From assembly GCA_023213395.1 (NCBI GenBank), contig CM041465.1, positions 206,219,741-206,283,740 on the forward strand: a stretch of 64,000 nt of DNA. The letters are read 5' to 3'. Shown here one piece after another: positions 51,400-64,000 of the stretch. This DNA comes from Cycas panzhihuaensis. Its lineage: Eukaryota; Plantae; Cycadophyta. Below the pieces are notes generated by a model. The model searched no databases. It was not told where the DNA came from and saw only the letters and a program-made list of their open reading frames with translations. A program made the position numbers and the translations under genes. The first letter of the stretch is position 1. Each line of letters opens with the position of its first letter.

Positions 51400-51678
51400 G
51401 AGGTAATATATTGCAGCCGACCTCTTATTCTTAGAAGTTACAGAGCTACCTCTTGTGAATTTCTCCCAGTCTTGGAACTATCTGCTTCGTATTACTCAAT
51501 ATACAACCAAATAGTTGCACCTTTAGATCCAGTTCTAGAAAGTCGAAACACCAATCAAGACTCATCTTTAGCATATGCTCTAGTGTTTAGAAATAGAGCC
51601 GTTAATTGGATCTTTGTATTCAAACTCGTTCGCATGCACGATCTTTGAAACAGAGCCGTCAACACCATCTTTGTATTC
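51400..51678 (-). pseudogene. PGM: Cytosolic phosphoglucomutase C-terminal fragment, no intron visible
   Basis: EYKDGVDGSVSKIVHANEFEYKDPINGSISKH*..DES*LVFRLSRTGSKGATIWLYIE*YEADSSKTGRNSQEVAL. Confidence 0.93.
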
Positions 51679-51924
51679 CGATGTTCTCTTGCAAGCTCTG
51701 CACATGAAACGCATTTCAGATGATCCGGCTCCATCCTTAAAACTAGAACCCATGCATATCTAGCCCACACGAATTGCACAGTATGTGTGAGTCTAGTGGG
51801 AATAAGTATCACAGCCTAACCATCGGCAAATACTCAAATCAAAGTCAAACTTGTTGCAAATCACGCACACGCAAAGGTTGCAAAAACCACCTTTTGTGCT
51901 GCAAATCTCACAGTTACATTCATC
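51676..51924 (-). pseudogene. OBE: OBERON1/2-like PHD-finger fragment
   Basis: DECNCEICSTKGGFCNLCVCVICNKFDFDLSICRWLGCDTYSH*THTYCAIRVG*ICMGSSFKDGAGSSEMRFMCRACKRTSE. Confidence 0.95.
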
Positions 51925-54900
51925 CCATATAAATTTACATTCAGCCTATCCTGCGTAAAACTACCTATTGTCGACACTAGAATACTTCTAACATTGTCTG
52001 CACATCATAATAGCCATCCAACGGCTCGACTCTTCAAATAGTCACCCAACGAATCAACCACTTCAAACTAACTGCCAAGGTCTGCAAAACTTGTTTGGAT
52101 CTGCGTTTTTCTACATTCTACAATACAGAGAATAAGTGTGCCCTTCGAGAATTGATTTTCTATAGATTATGTTATTGTTGTTCATCATTTTGTAGTTCTT
52201 TGATTCGCCGGATCAGTAACAACACAACGACGTATCTCAACGACACGACGGCGTGTTTTATCCTTCCTTTATATATATATATATATATATAAACCTTCAA
52301 CATTTGTTAGCCAACACCCATCTTCTATCGATTTGATTTTCGATCGAATCAAATCTGAGTTCGGTGCGTAATCACAACCGGTTTTAATTTTAAAGCATTT
52401 ATATATTTTTTTTTTATATAAAGTTTTAAAAAATTAAATTTTATTATATAATTTTTTTAAATCCGTAGCTTAAAAGGTTTAAACTCCCTTCTCTCTTAAC
52501 CTCTGGTCATAAGACGTTTCCATATGACTGTTAATTAGGGCTAACATAAGCTTTTAACATTTTTTCTTTTATTTTTTTAAATTTTTTTTACTTTACATAG
52601 GGTTACTCGAAAAGTTTTACCATAACTCCTCACTGGATCATCAGTTTCTAACAAAACTAGTTTTGTTGCGTCAGAAATGTTTCATGGATTAATTTTGACT
52701 GGTCATATGATCAATTTGGTGCTGATTTGACCCCGTTTCAGTCGATTTAAATTCAATCAGTCATTTTTTTAGCCTTTTTTAAACTTTTTACAAAACTACT
52801 TTTTGAATTGATTATATTTTATTACCAGGGAACCTTTTTCTACTCAGATTTATTCCACGGTGATTTACGTTCAACAAACTTTATTACCAACTATTTATTT
52901 TAATTTTTTAAATTTATTTTGATCACTATTTTAATTGTTGTATGTGGCACTTTAGTGGTTTTTAGCATTTTTCTTAACATATTTACATAAAAGTACTTAT
53001 TGCTATTTTTACTATAACTTTTCTATTTGACATCCAAATTCAGTTCCGTCAGTCTTGTTGGGAAGCTGACTCATTCCCCTTCAAACTGACATAATTTTTT
53101 ATACATTTTAATGTATTTTTTTTAGTTTTATATCAATCAAATTTGAAGTACTTAATAGACTCAAATCTATTATTTATACGCATTTTTTATATATAATTCT
53201 CAAAACTTTTCAATTGAAAATATATTAATCAGTACTCTAAGATATATTTGATCTTTTTACATCATTATATAAAGTTTTATTAACAATTTTATAAGTTTTC
53301 TGAGCTCCCTGCTCATGTTAGGCTTCAAAAGGAGGTCTGTATATTTGAATAATTCAAACTTGACTTATAGGAACCCGTTTTCAAAACGGTCAGTTTCATT
53401 AGATTCATATTTTATTAATCTTCATACTGGTGAAGTTTCATATTCTTCTGACATCGTTTAGTATACTTTTGAAGCAACCAAACTTGAGGTTGTACTCTAA
53501 CCATTCTCTTAAAAACTTTCTTCATACTCCTTATCTTTCAAAGTAAAATATACATATATTTCAGTTTTTTTCAGCATTATATATTATCATCAATGCTAAG
53601 GATTTATTTCATTTAGAATTTAAATTTATTCATTTGAAGAAAATTCAAAGGTTAAGGTCTTATTTCATCTTTGTATCGTTAAAATGATATTGGTATATGT
53701 TTTCAAAGTTGCTTCTATATTCATTATTTATTTATTGCATTTAGTTCATTTATTTTCAAAAGGCATTACATTTCTTTTGAAAAATATATTTAACATCATA
53801 TAAGTTTAGTCACTTATTGACTTTATTTGATTTGATAAAAGCATACTTTTTATGTACTAATGTTTCTTTGATAAAATGATACAATTTCTTATATTTAATG
53901 GGTAAAATTTTTCACTATGGTATAGAACTATGCAAGATTATTTTATTGCACATGACCTTCTAAAGTATTTGTAACATGAATGTGATCTAAGTATTAAAGA
54001 AAATTTTAGAAAGCACAATGAAGCATTAGGTTTATTATTTTGTACTATGAATGATAATGTTTTTTCAAAGGTTTCTGAATTAACAACTTTTAAATCTGTT
54101 TGAAATGTTTTAATTTCCACTTATGGGAGAGATACCCTCCATGTATTTGATGATATTTTTGATGAGCATGTGAGACAGGTGACAGAACAGGCGAATCATA
54201 ATAACAACACCCATGAAGATTCAAATCAAATGTAAGACCAACTTGCTACACAAGTACCTGATCCTCTATTTAAGGGGGAGAATGAATCTTATGACATAAT
54301 GGAGAATGAATCTTATGATATGACAAAGAATGAACCTGATGATATGACAGTTGTTCATAGCATAAAGACTATAAAAGATAAAGTTCAAATTCAAAGTCTT
54401 ATTAATGTTCCAGTTGACAAAGTTAAAATTATAGTTATTCATCTACATTTGAATCAAGTTTTATCTACTTACAGTTTTTTTACATCACTCCTTGGTAAAA
54501 AGATATATTTTGCGAGAAGGTTGAAGTAAGTTGATAAAGATCATAATTTTAAAGTTTTTTTCAAATACAAGTTCTATAAGTTCAAGGAGAAGATACAAGT
54601 GTTCGTGATGACCATTAAGGGGGAGAATGTTAGAGTTAATCGTCATCACTCCACTCCCACCTTCCAACCAAGATTGTACACCTCATCAACCTCATTTTAC
54701 ACATGTGAGTGCTCAACATGTGTAGGTAAGTTAAGGTAAGATTTAATTTGATTTAAGTTAACTTGAGTTAGTTTCATGTAAGTTAAGTTAGCATTATTTT
54801 ATTGTTAATTTGAATTTCAGGGATTGAGGAGTTTCCCTCCTCCCCCAAAATTATAAATATTGAGGGGTGTGCAACCCTGGTGTCTTTAGACACCACCCTC

Positions 54901-56429
54901 ATTTAAGAAATTTGTAATACTCACTTCTCATAATATGGATTGAATACATTGATTTCATGGTTTATGCTACATTGCTACATTGATATATTGCAATATTGAT
55001 CTATGTGATTCTATTCTATGTTCTACCCTGTTCTTCTGCAAATTCTTTTTCCTACATTTGGTATCAGAGCTATTTGGGCTCCATTTTATTTCCTTCATTT
55101 GGTATGAGAGCTACTTGGGGCTCTATTATTTTTCCAACAATCACTCCATTTGTCACTATAAAATATCATATATTTTGTATCCCTTCACTATTATGTAAGA
55201 TAAACCAATATTACCATGCCTCATATGGCTCATCACTATAATATTCTCAAAGAACTAGATCATTATACAACACCATGCCTCACACATACATCAATCAAGA
55301 TCTAATTGCAGATTAACTCCACTTCTTCATAGGCTGTGGACTCACTCTACATCATAAAGAGTTGTGGCCTTACACCACCAAGGAAACATGGTCTCACACC
55401 ATAAGAAATATAGTATCACACCACCTCATAAAAGACATGTGGATTCACTCTACACTTTAGATATATTATGGATTCACTCCACTCTATCTCATAAAATATC
55501 CATAACACTTATGAATAGTCCAGGGAGATTAGAATCATAATTCAATAATATACTTATGAAAAAAACTCTCCACATCCCTAACTGTGTTACCTGCTATTAT
55601 TACTTTCTAGCCCTATTGCCAAGATTTTCTTCTTATATCGAGTGACTTGCTATGCTTGCAACTGAGTTTATGCTTCATTAATTTTTTCCTTCTAGCCAAA
55701 GATACCTTCCTCTTTCATCTCCCCAAGATAAAATATCCTCTCCCAAGCATGGTTTTTTTTTTTTTTTTATGAGCTTTAGTATCAGGAATGATGCATATAG
55801 TAGCTACCAAAATTGACTTCCAATTTTAGTTGTTGAATAATTATCAAAATTGCCCACTACTCACATTTTTAGAAATATTTCCTTATAGGAAATTTTTGGG
55901 TGGTCCCTACCTATCTAAATGTATAAATATCTTTAATACAATTCTAATGAGATTTATTTTACAAAATTTGGTCAACTAACATGAAAATTATAAATGAAAC
56001 TATGAAAGTTTGTCAATTATTTTTCATACTCCCACACCATTCTGTTGATATTTCAAACTAATGGGCATACTTTACGAGTATGAATTATTAAATTTATTTA
56101 TATGGAGATGAATGTCTTTTAATAAGGATTCCAAGGCAACTAGAATAATCTAATTCTAGCTTCATGTGGTAAGATATTACTAAAATATTAGAAGGTTGTC
56201 CAAGAGTGATTTTTTACTTAATTGAGTAAGTTTAATCACAAAGATTTTAATAAATGGAATCATCTCAAATATTTGTTGGGTATAAAATCTTTTTACACAG
56301 ATGGATAACTTTTTTAATGAGCTTTAAATTGATAGGTAGAGTGCAAAAACTGGCCAAGCATTGAGAGAGTTATAGCCATTTTAGTGAAGTGTTATTTTTT
56401 AAGATTTAGTCCCCATCTTTTCACTTTCT

Positions 56430-56750
56430 TGTGAGCTCTTTTCCCATAGAGTTTCTTCTCATAAAGTCTTTGCCCACATGAGCTATTTCCTGTGGAACTA
56501 TTCTTTGCAAACCCTTCCATACAAAACCCTTTCATGTGGGAACTCTTCCTTATAAACATTTGCTATAAAGGCTTTTCCCGCATGGTTTCTTTTTGTAAAG
56601 TCTTTTACCGCATGAGCTCCTCCTTATGGTACTCTTCCTTGTAAACCCTTCTATATGAAACTCTTTCATGTAGGACTTTTCCTTGTGAGAACTCTTCTTA
56701 ATAGACTTCTCCTATAAAGATTTTTACTACATGGGCTTCTCTTGCATTTG
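56430..56750. repeat. Degenerate tandem repeat (~130-bp period built from short CT-rich subunits)
   Basis: CTTTTCCC..TAAAGTCTTT..CATGAGCT..AAACCCTT..TTTCATGT recurs about 2.5 times. Confidence 0.6.
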
Positions 56751-57289
56751 CAACAAAACTGTCGAATTTTTACAAATATTTGGTTCAAAAATCTAATTTC
56801 AAATAGTCATAACTTCCTTATTTGACGTCTAACTTGAAAATTCCACCACTTATAAGACTCTTAATATGCTCTTTATTATAAAAAAGTTATACAAGATTAA
56901 AAGATAACTTAAAATAATGTTTTATATCTTTAAAATTGTCAATTTAGTGAGTTGTTCGATTTCTATAAATAGTGAAATTTAAACCCTTTAACTTTAAAGT
57001 GCCATAACTTTCTCAAATGATGTCCATTTTAGGACCTCTACCACTCATAATAAAGCTCTTAATGCCTTATTTAATGTTGAATAAAACTTAAAATCCATTT
57101 ATATAACATAAAATAAATCCTTTCTATATAACATGGCCTTCAAATTTAAATTTACCCTCTAGTAAATTATCTGTCAATCTGTCAATCATTCCTACAACTT
57201 CAAACCTTCATATCTTTTCCATCTAATGTTTGTTTTTAGTGATCCATAAATTTATATTGATCTGTGATCCACAAGTTTATATTGGAACT

Positions 57290-60200
57290 TGTTCAAGAAC
57301 ATAAAATCATACAGGTATATTTCCATCTATAGTATCTTTAAACATACACAGTAAGCAAATATAAATGCATAAAGAATACAGATGCACAGTATACAGGATT
57401 TATATAGAAAAATCCTTTCAAGAAAAAACCTACGATAAATGAATCCTTTATGGATCACATTAATTATTTCATAGTTGCTTGATATATTGAATACATAAGG
57501 GTATAAGGTATATATATTCTTCTAAGATGTATCACCCAATTAGGGTTGTGGCTCTTCACTTAATTACCTTAGTTAAACTACATTAATATTAATCTATGGC
57601 TTAACAGATAACTACCACATTAATATCGCCCTTTAATGTGAAGGTGGAGAGCCTACCAACTATAACTATTGTGTTATCATAAGGTTAAGAATATCCTACA
57701 GCTTTACATCCCTCCTCAAGGATAACAACGATGAGTCCTAATCCAGTACGCATCTTTGTGAATTGATCTTCAATAAGGGACTTGATAAACACATCTGCAA
57801 GCTAAAATTCACTAAGACAATAGTCGGCCTTCAGGTTCCTTGACTTGATCTATTCATGGATGTAATAGTGTTAAATCTCGATATGCTTCATACACATATA
57901 AAACTCTAGATTCTTCGATAAATAAATGGTACTCTAATTATTAACAAAGATAATTAAATATCCATTGAAAACTCTAAGACACCTTGCAACCATACTGCTT
58001 CCTTCATACCAACATTGAGTCCTTGATGTTCAGCCTTTATAGAAGATAGTGTCATTATCCACTGCTTCTTCAACTGCCATAAAATAAATCCATTACCAAT
58101 ACTAAATAGGTATCTAACAGTGGACTTCTGATCATCAGAGTCTCCTTCCTAATCAATATTCATGTAGTCATGTAGCCTTATCTCTTCACCTCCATGGTGT
58201 TCGAGACCAAGATTTATTTTCCCCTTCAAATATTTTAGAATTTAGTTCACTACAACCAAATGAGGCTCTTGAGGATTTTACATATAGCAAGAAACCAATC
58301 TAATAGTATATGTAATATCTAGCCCAGTATGAGTCAAGTAGATTAGACTCCCTACCAACTAACAATATTTCGTACCATCTATAGGGGGTTTGGCCATATC
58401 CTTTTGCAACCTTTCACCCTTCACATATGGTATTGTAATAGGTTTGTAATTCTGCATCCCAAACTTATCCAGTAGGTTCTTCACGTATTGAGACTATAAC
58501 AATATGATCCTATCATCCATCTACTTAATTTAAATGCCCAAGAAATAGTGAAGTCTTTCAAGATTTATCATGTTAAAAGAAACTTCCAAATTAGACTTGA
58601 CTTCTACTATAGACTTACTACAGTTACTTTTGATGATTAAATCATCCATATACACCATGTAAGCAATTATTGAAGTCCCTCTTCTTTTCACATACAAGTT
58701 CGAGTTGAGTTCTGAAATTTTGAAACCTTCAACTTTTAACTTGGGATCTATTTTCTCATACAAAGCATGGGGTGATTATTTCAGGCTATAGATTGACTTC
58801 TTTAATTAGAAAATAAGATGATCATGGCCATCCTTAATGAATCCCAGAGGTTGGAACATATAAATCTTCTCCTTTAGATCTCTATTAAGGAATGTAGACT
58901 TGATGTCCATCTAGTGTAACTCCCAATCGTAAGCAGCTACTAAGGAAATAAGCAAGCAGACCATTATCATTCTGGAGATTTGTGCGAATATCTCTTTAAT
59001 GTTAATTCCTTCATTTTGCTTAAATCCTTGAGTGATAAGTCTGGCCTTATATTGATCCACCTCTCTATCAGAGTGGAACTTCATTTTATAGACCCACTTA
59101 CATCCAACAAGGTTCTTCATTAAAGGGAGTGGAACTAAATCCCATGTATTATTCTTTAACAAAGAACCATACTCTTCCTCCATTGTAGCTCTCCAACGTA
59201 GATCTCCTTTTGCCTCATCAAATGAATTAGGATCAGAGTTATTAGTGTCTACCAGTAGAGTTCAACTGGCATGTTGACTTCTTATTCTTCTATCATCAGT
59301 CAGGGTTCACATTGCCACAGAAGAATCTTTAATAATCTTCCTTGCCCATAAAGATATAAAAGAACCTATTGTTAGATGTACTTCTTCTTGCAGTGGCTCC
59401 TCACTATTATACATCCTACTTGGTCCTACTTTCGCATGAATTCCAATGACTAGCTTATCATCCTCTTCGCCTGATGAATCTAGGAATGGGAGTAGGGAGG
59501 GTAAAAAGACTCTTCTGATAATTTATCAACATGATACATCAATGATTCATCAACTTTTACATCCTAACTAACCACAATCTTCTTTCCCTGTGGATTCCAT
59601 AGTATGTAAGCTTTATTTTGATCACAATACCCCATGAATATACATTTCAGACTCTTTCGATGCAACTTCTTGTGAGTATCATCTAAGATGTACGTGTATC
59701 TAATATACCCAAAGGTTCTCAAATGGCTAATGACAAGCTTCCAACCAGTCTATTTCTCTTCGAGGGTCATGTTTGAACTGCTTGAGTCAATACCCAGTTC
59801 AGAATATACATAGTAATTGCCACAACCTTTGCCCAAAACATCGGTGGTAGGTTTTTAGCGTGCACCATACACCTCGCCATCTCCATCATGGTACGATTCT
59901 TTCGTTTAATAACTCCATTCTGTTGTGGGGTATACAAGACTGTAAATTCCCGCTTTATACCATGATCATAACAAAACTGATTAAATGTATGGTTGTCATG
60001 TTTCTTGCCATTATCACTTCTTAATGACTTAATCTTTTTATCACATTCATTTTCTACCATCACTTTCCAGTTACAAAAATGATTAAACACATCTAACTTA
60101 TTTTTAAGAAAGTAAACCCTGGACTTCCTGGTGTAATCATCTATAAACACAAGGGTGTAACAAGCTCCTGATATTGAAGGGTTTAGGAGAGGACCTATTA

Positions 60201-63200
60201 TATCTGAATGTATAAATTCTAATTTCTCCTTCGCTCTCTAGGCATTCTCTCGAGCAAAAGGGTAACAATGATACTTGCCATACATACATCATTCACAAAC
60301 ACCATCTGAGTAAGAAACTGATGGCAATCCTTCCACTATATTCAACCTTTTTAGTAGTGCAATGCTCCTATAGTTAAGGTGTCTTAGGTGATTGTACCAA
60401 TGTTTACTCATATCATCAGCATTTACAATAAAGGCATAAGATTTCTTCTAAGATTAAAATTTCTCAAATACCCAGAAGTTGTCCCTAACGTTTCCAGCAA
60501 TAATGACATCAAAGTTCTACTTCAGATCCTTAATCGAGCATTTATCGTTATAAATCTCCACCTTCATGTCTTGTTTGTAGATCTCGCAGGCTGAAAGAAG
60601 ATTCAACTACATCTTGGGTACATAGTATACCCTGGTAGACTTACCATCTGCAATGGATACTTCGTCGATACCTTCCACTGGTAAAACTTGAGCATCTGCA
60701 AGGATAATTTTTGCACCACTATAATTTTCATTCACTGCATCAAAGTTATGCCTCTGGTAAAAGATATACTTCTATGCTCTAGAGTCAAGAACTAAATAAT
60801 ATCTCTTATTTGACTTGGTTGATAAGGTTTTTGCTTAGATGCAATGAGCAACAATGTTCTTCCCTTTATCATCCTAGCTTACTTTGTGCTTGTCATGTCT
60901 TTTGAACTAATAATTCTTCTCTCAGTGACCATCCTTCTTGTAGTAATTATATTTTCCATTAAATAATTTCTTGTCTTGTGGACTTTCTCCTAACTTTTAT
61001 GTGATCTTATATTCCTTAGGAGCCTCCTTCCTTTGAGTCTTCATGGCTAGGGCCTGACTTGATTCAAAACCTCCAAACATACTGTGATGTTTAAGCTTGG
61101 CATCCTCTACTAGAATTAGCTTTTTAAGCCCATCAAAATTCTCTACCTCCATCACCTCATCTCTACCATATATGGTCTAGAAAGTGTCAAATGTAGCTGA
61201 CAACTTCAACATGATCATTGTGAATAATAAGGCATCATCAATCGAGTTCTACTTTAATTCTTCTAACTTGTTCTTTAAGTCTATGATCTTATTTAGGTAG
61301 GAGTTGATGTTGTTCTCATCTTTCACATGTGAATTGAGTAATTCTAACATGAGGGCAAGATATATGTTCATCTTCTTCTTCTCAAAGGTATCACACTATT
61401 TTATCCAAATTTCATCTAGTTTGTCTACATTATGAACTAAGACTCTCTTGTCTAATGCTAATGACAGTTTCAACAGTCTCACAGCCATAAATTTCTTCTC
61501 TTTAAGACGAACACACTCTTTATAATCTAGTGGAATCACATCCACCTTAGCCTTAGTGATACTATAGAGTTTATTCACCATTAAAATAAGCTCTATATTG
61601 GCCTTCCACTTGCTAAAATTATTACCATTAAAGATAACCTTGGGCATAAGGTGTTCCATCTCAAGAAACAAGCTTCAATATATGTTAAATAACACCAAAA
61701 TGATTATCTTCTGGACAAAAATGTACCCTTGTGTCCTCCTCTACCTCAAGGGTGTGCTACAAAGGGCATCAAACATTGACTATACACACATTAAGTGAGT
61801 TGCCAATTGTTCTCCTCTCATAAACGACTTCAAAATACCTTTAAACGAACTCAAAAGTGTTAAAAATGACCCTTCAATCACTTAAAAAAGGTGCTCCAAG
61901 AATGATAATGGCTTCATAAGGTAGGAATGCATAGTCTCTAAGTATCAATCACCCAAAAGCTCCTTGATCCATGCTCAAAATAACTCAAGGATACCCTAAA
62001 TACATCACAGTATATAATAATATGATTTTTCAATGGTTTAAGGAGTTCAATTATAGAAGGAATATGCCAAAAGGCGTATTCCCAAAAAGTGTGACTTCTA
62101 ACTTGACCCATATACCTCCAAATGATCGATAAAACATATTTATGATATTACTAAGGTTTGAACTTAGCAAAAAATCATCAAATAATCACATTGAAGAGTT
62201 GCACGAAGTGGAGATAAGAGGCATAGTTGCTGCACCATGTACACAGACTTGTATACTACACTGATCTATAGACATTTAATACGAATCTCTCACACACTAT
62301 ACAGTTGGTAAAGAACTCAAATGTTATCCAATAGCCTCTTAAACATGCCTAGCCATCATAATATGCACCTAGCCATCACAACAAAGTGCCCAATCAACAC
62401 GAATAGCACCCAACTAATACGAATAACACCTAGCCAGCTCTTAAGAGCACTAAATTAGTATGAAAATAGTATAGCCAGCTTTCAAGAGTGTCAAACTAGC
62501 AAAAAATAGCCCAGCCAGCTCTTAACAAATAGATGCAGCCTTAAATCATACATATGACTAAGATATGGGGGCCATACTCTTAAATAAAGGCACTATGACT
62601 CAAAGTTCAGTAGTTGACACTTTATTCTACTATATACTCAGTCTAGTCTCATCATAGAGGACTGAAAACATTCCTAAATACGCTGCAATCTCTCTCTTAT
62701 ACATACAAGATGTATGTATTACCAGAAAAAGCTTGCGTTTTTTGAATTTTATAGTGCTTTCAATGAGTAAATAACTGACTTATTTGTGTACATGGATGGC
62801 TATTCTCATAGTCGTTGAATCACCATTAGTACGTGATCTGCTGGCTTGAATCACCCCTATAGATCATCAACCCACCTCAAATGGCCCCCAACAAGCTAAC
62901 TCAAACCATAATTGTGGCCTTCACACTTGATTATTGACTCTAATAAATATTTATGCTCCATTGAATAATGATTTTCACTACTTCAACTACCACTAATCTA
63001 TCGTACCTGCTCCTACATGTTACTAGAGATGATGGACCTTTAAGATATGTCTTGGGTTTGACGGCTTCACCCAGCCACTCACAATCTCACTGCTCTGCTC
63101 AACATTAGGCTTTAGTTGTGTAGGACCCTATGGCTTTGATACCATATTCAGAAACATAAAATCATATAGGTATGTTTTCATCCATAAAATTTTTAACTAT

Positions 63201-63498
63201 ACTCAAAAAGCAAATATAAGTATACACCAAATATAGATGCACAGTACATGGGATTTACGCGGGAAAACCCTTTCAGGAAAAAACCCACCACAAAAGCATC
63301 CTTTATGGATCACATTAATTATTTCACAATTGCTTAGTACATTAAATACAGAAGGTCTTAAGACATATATATTCTTCCAGGAGGTGTCACCTGATTAGGG
63401 TTATGACCCTTTGAATAACTCGCACATTTTCACTTAATCACCTAGTCAAACCACATTAACATCAATCCATGGCTTAACAAATAACTGCCATGTTAATA
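57290..63498 (-). mobile_element. Old full-length Ty1/copia element H inserted in a gypsy LTR
   Basis: LTRs 57290-57625 and 63145-63498 (clearly more diverged than those of B or G); PBS TGGTATCAAAGCCA 63144-63131; PPT next to 57626; gag 61396-61671, integrase 59767-60150, RT 58530-59183; imperfect TSD GAACT/ATACT. Confidence 0.93.
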
Positions 63499-64000
63499 AT
63501 ACTATAGATAAGAAATGAAAAGAGTCTTTACATGCATAGGCATATGATTCAAAATTAGCATGGTTAGGAAGTAAACTATGCAAGAAAGATAAATAAACCT
63601 AGTTGTCTCAAAGTTAGGTCCTTGTACTTCCCTCCCCTTTAAAAAAACATCATCCTAATGTGCTCATCCTACTATAAATAAGTATAGAAGTTGTTGTTTA
63701 TTTTATCTTTAATTTGTAGAGTAACTTCTTCTAGAGTTAGATATCACCATTGAACCATTACTTGTTTTATAGATCTATGCAGTAATATCTCCTCCCCTCC
63801 CCCCCCCCCACATTATATGATGCTTGGTGAAATTTACTCTTGCAAATTATGCCTTTCAATTGAATTTATCATCACTTAAAAATACTCTTTTTATAGATTT
63901 CAAAACCATACATATTACTATCTAAACTATGCATATCCTTTTATTCTTCCCTCACTCGTATCATGTGTTCCCTTATATGCACACCCATCTAAAGTAATTT
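63499..64000 (-). mobile_element. Third copy of the gypsy 3' end (LTR start ~63626, PPT, chromodomain-like region), runs off the window
   Basis: Aligns to 41345-41830 and 42130-42445. Confidence 0.75.

Larger units (their letters stand above)
48028..55139 (+). mobile_element. Non-autonomous LARD-like LTR element G (7.1 kb) with a multi-gene antisense cargo
   Basis: LTRs 48028-48517 and 54628-55139; perfect TSD ATCAC (48023-48027, 55140-55144); PBS-like TGGTAGCATAGC 48520-48531; PPT TAAGGGGGAGAA 54616-54627; no gag/RT. Confidence 0.95.

Noticed and set aside
51555-51812. 85-aa minus ORF
   Set aside because: Off-frame reading of the OBERON/PGM fragments
54271-54281. Second PPT as the start of G's 3' LTR
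   Set aside because: The following sequence does not match the 5' LTR; more likely an internal PPT-like relic

Overview
AT-rich, repeat-dense land-plant DNA. PBS sites match plant initiator tRNA-Met, and an axonemal-dynein-like fragment suggests a plant with flagellated sperm, such as a fern (inference). No intact host gene was found. The window is a nested stack of LTR retrotransposons. Ty1/copia elements: A (1-1482, 3' end), B (2099-17466, minus, TSD ATTTA), C nested in B (8144-15225, TSD GGATG), E (37954-~41120) and H (57290-63498). Also present are decayed Ty3/gypsy remnants, a solo LTR, three non-autonomous LTR elements (D, I, G) and an old segmental duplication carrying an OEP16-4-like terminal exon. 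Two things stand out. (1) A 260-bp miniature LTR element (8144-8403; identical 66-bp repeats, iMet PBS, PPT-like tract). Its LTR/PBS junction folds into a tRNA-like cloverleaf with Pol III A/B-box-like motifs, and it sits where the 5' LTR of copia C should be. (2) Two non-autonomous LTR elements whose interiors hold antisense host-gene fragments missed by the ORF track. Element I carries an ASHR2 SET/MYND histone methyltransferase fragment. Element G carries OBERON PHD, cytosolic phosphoglucomutase, SIN3-like PAH and dynein heavy chain fragments. Protein identifications are manual translations compared with sequences recalled from memory, not database searches. Identity values are estimates by eye.
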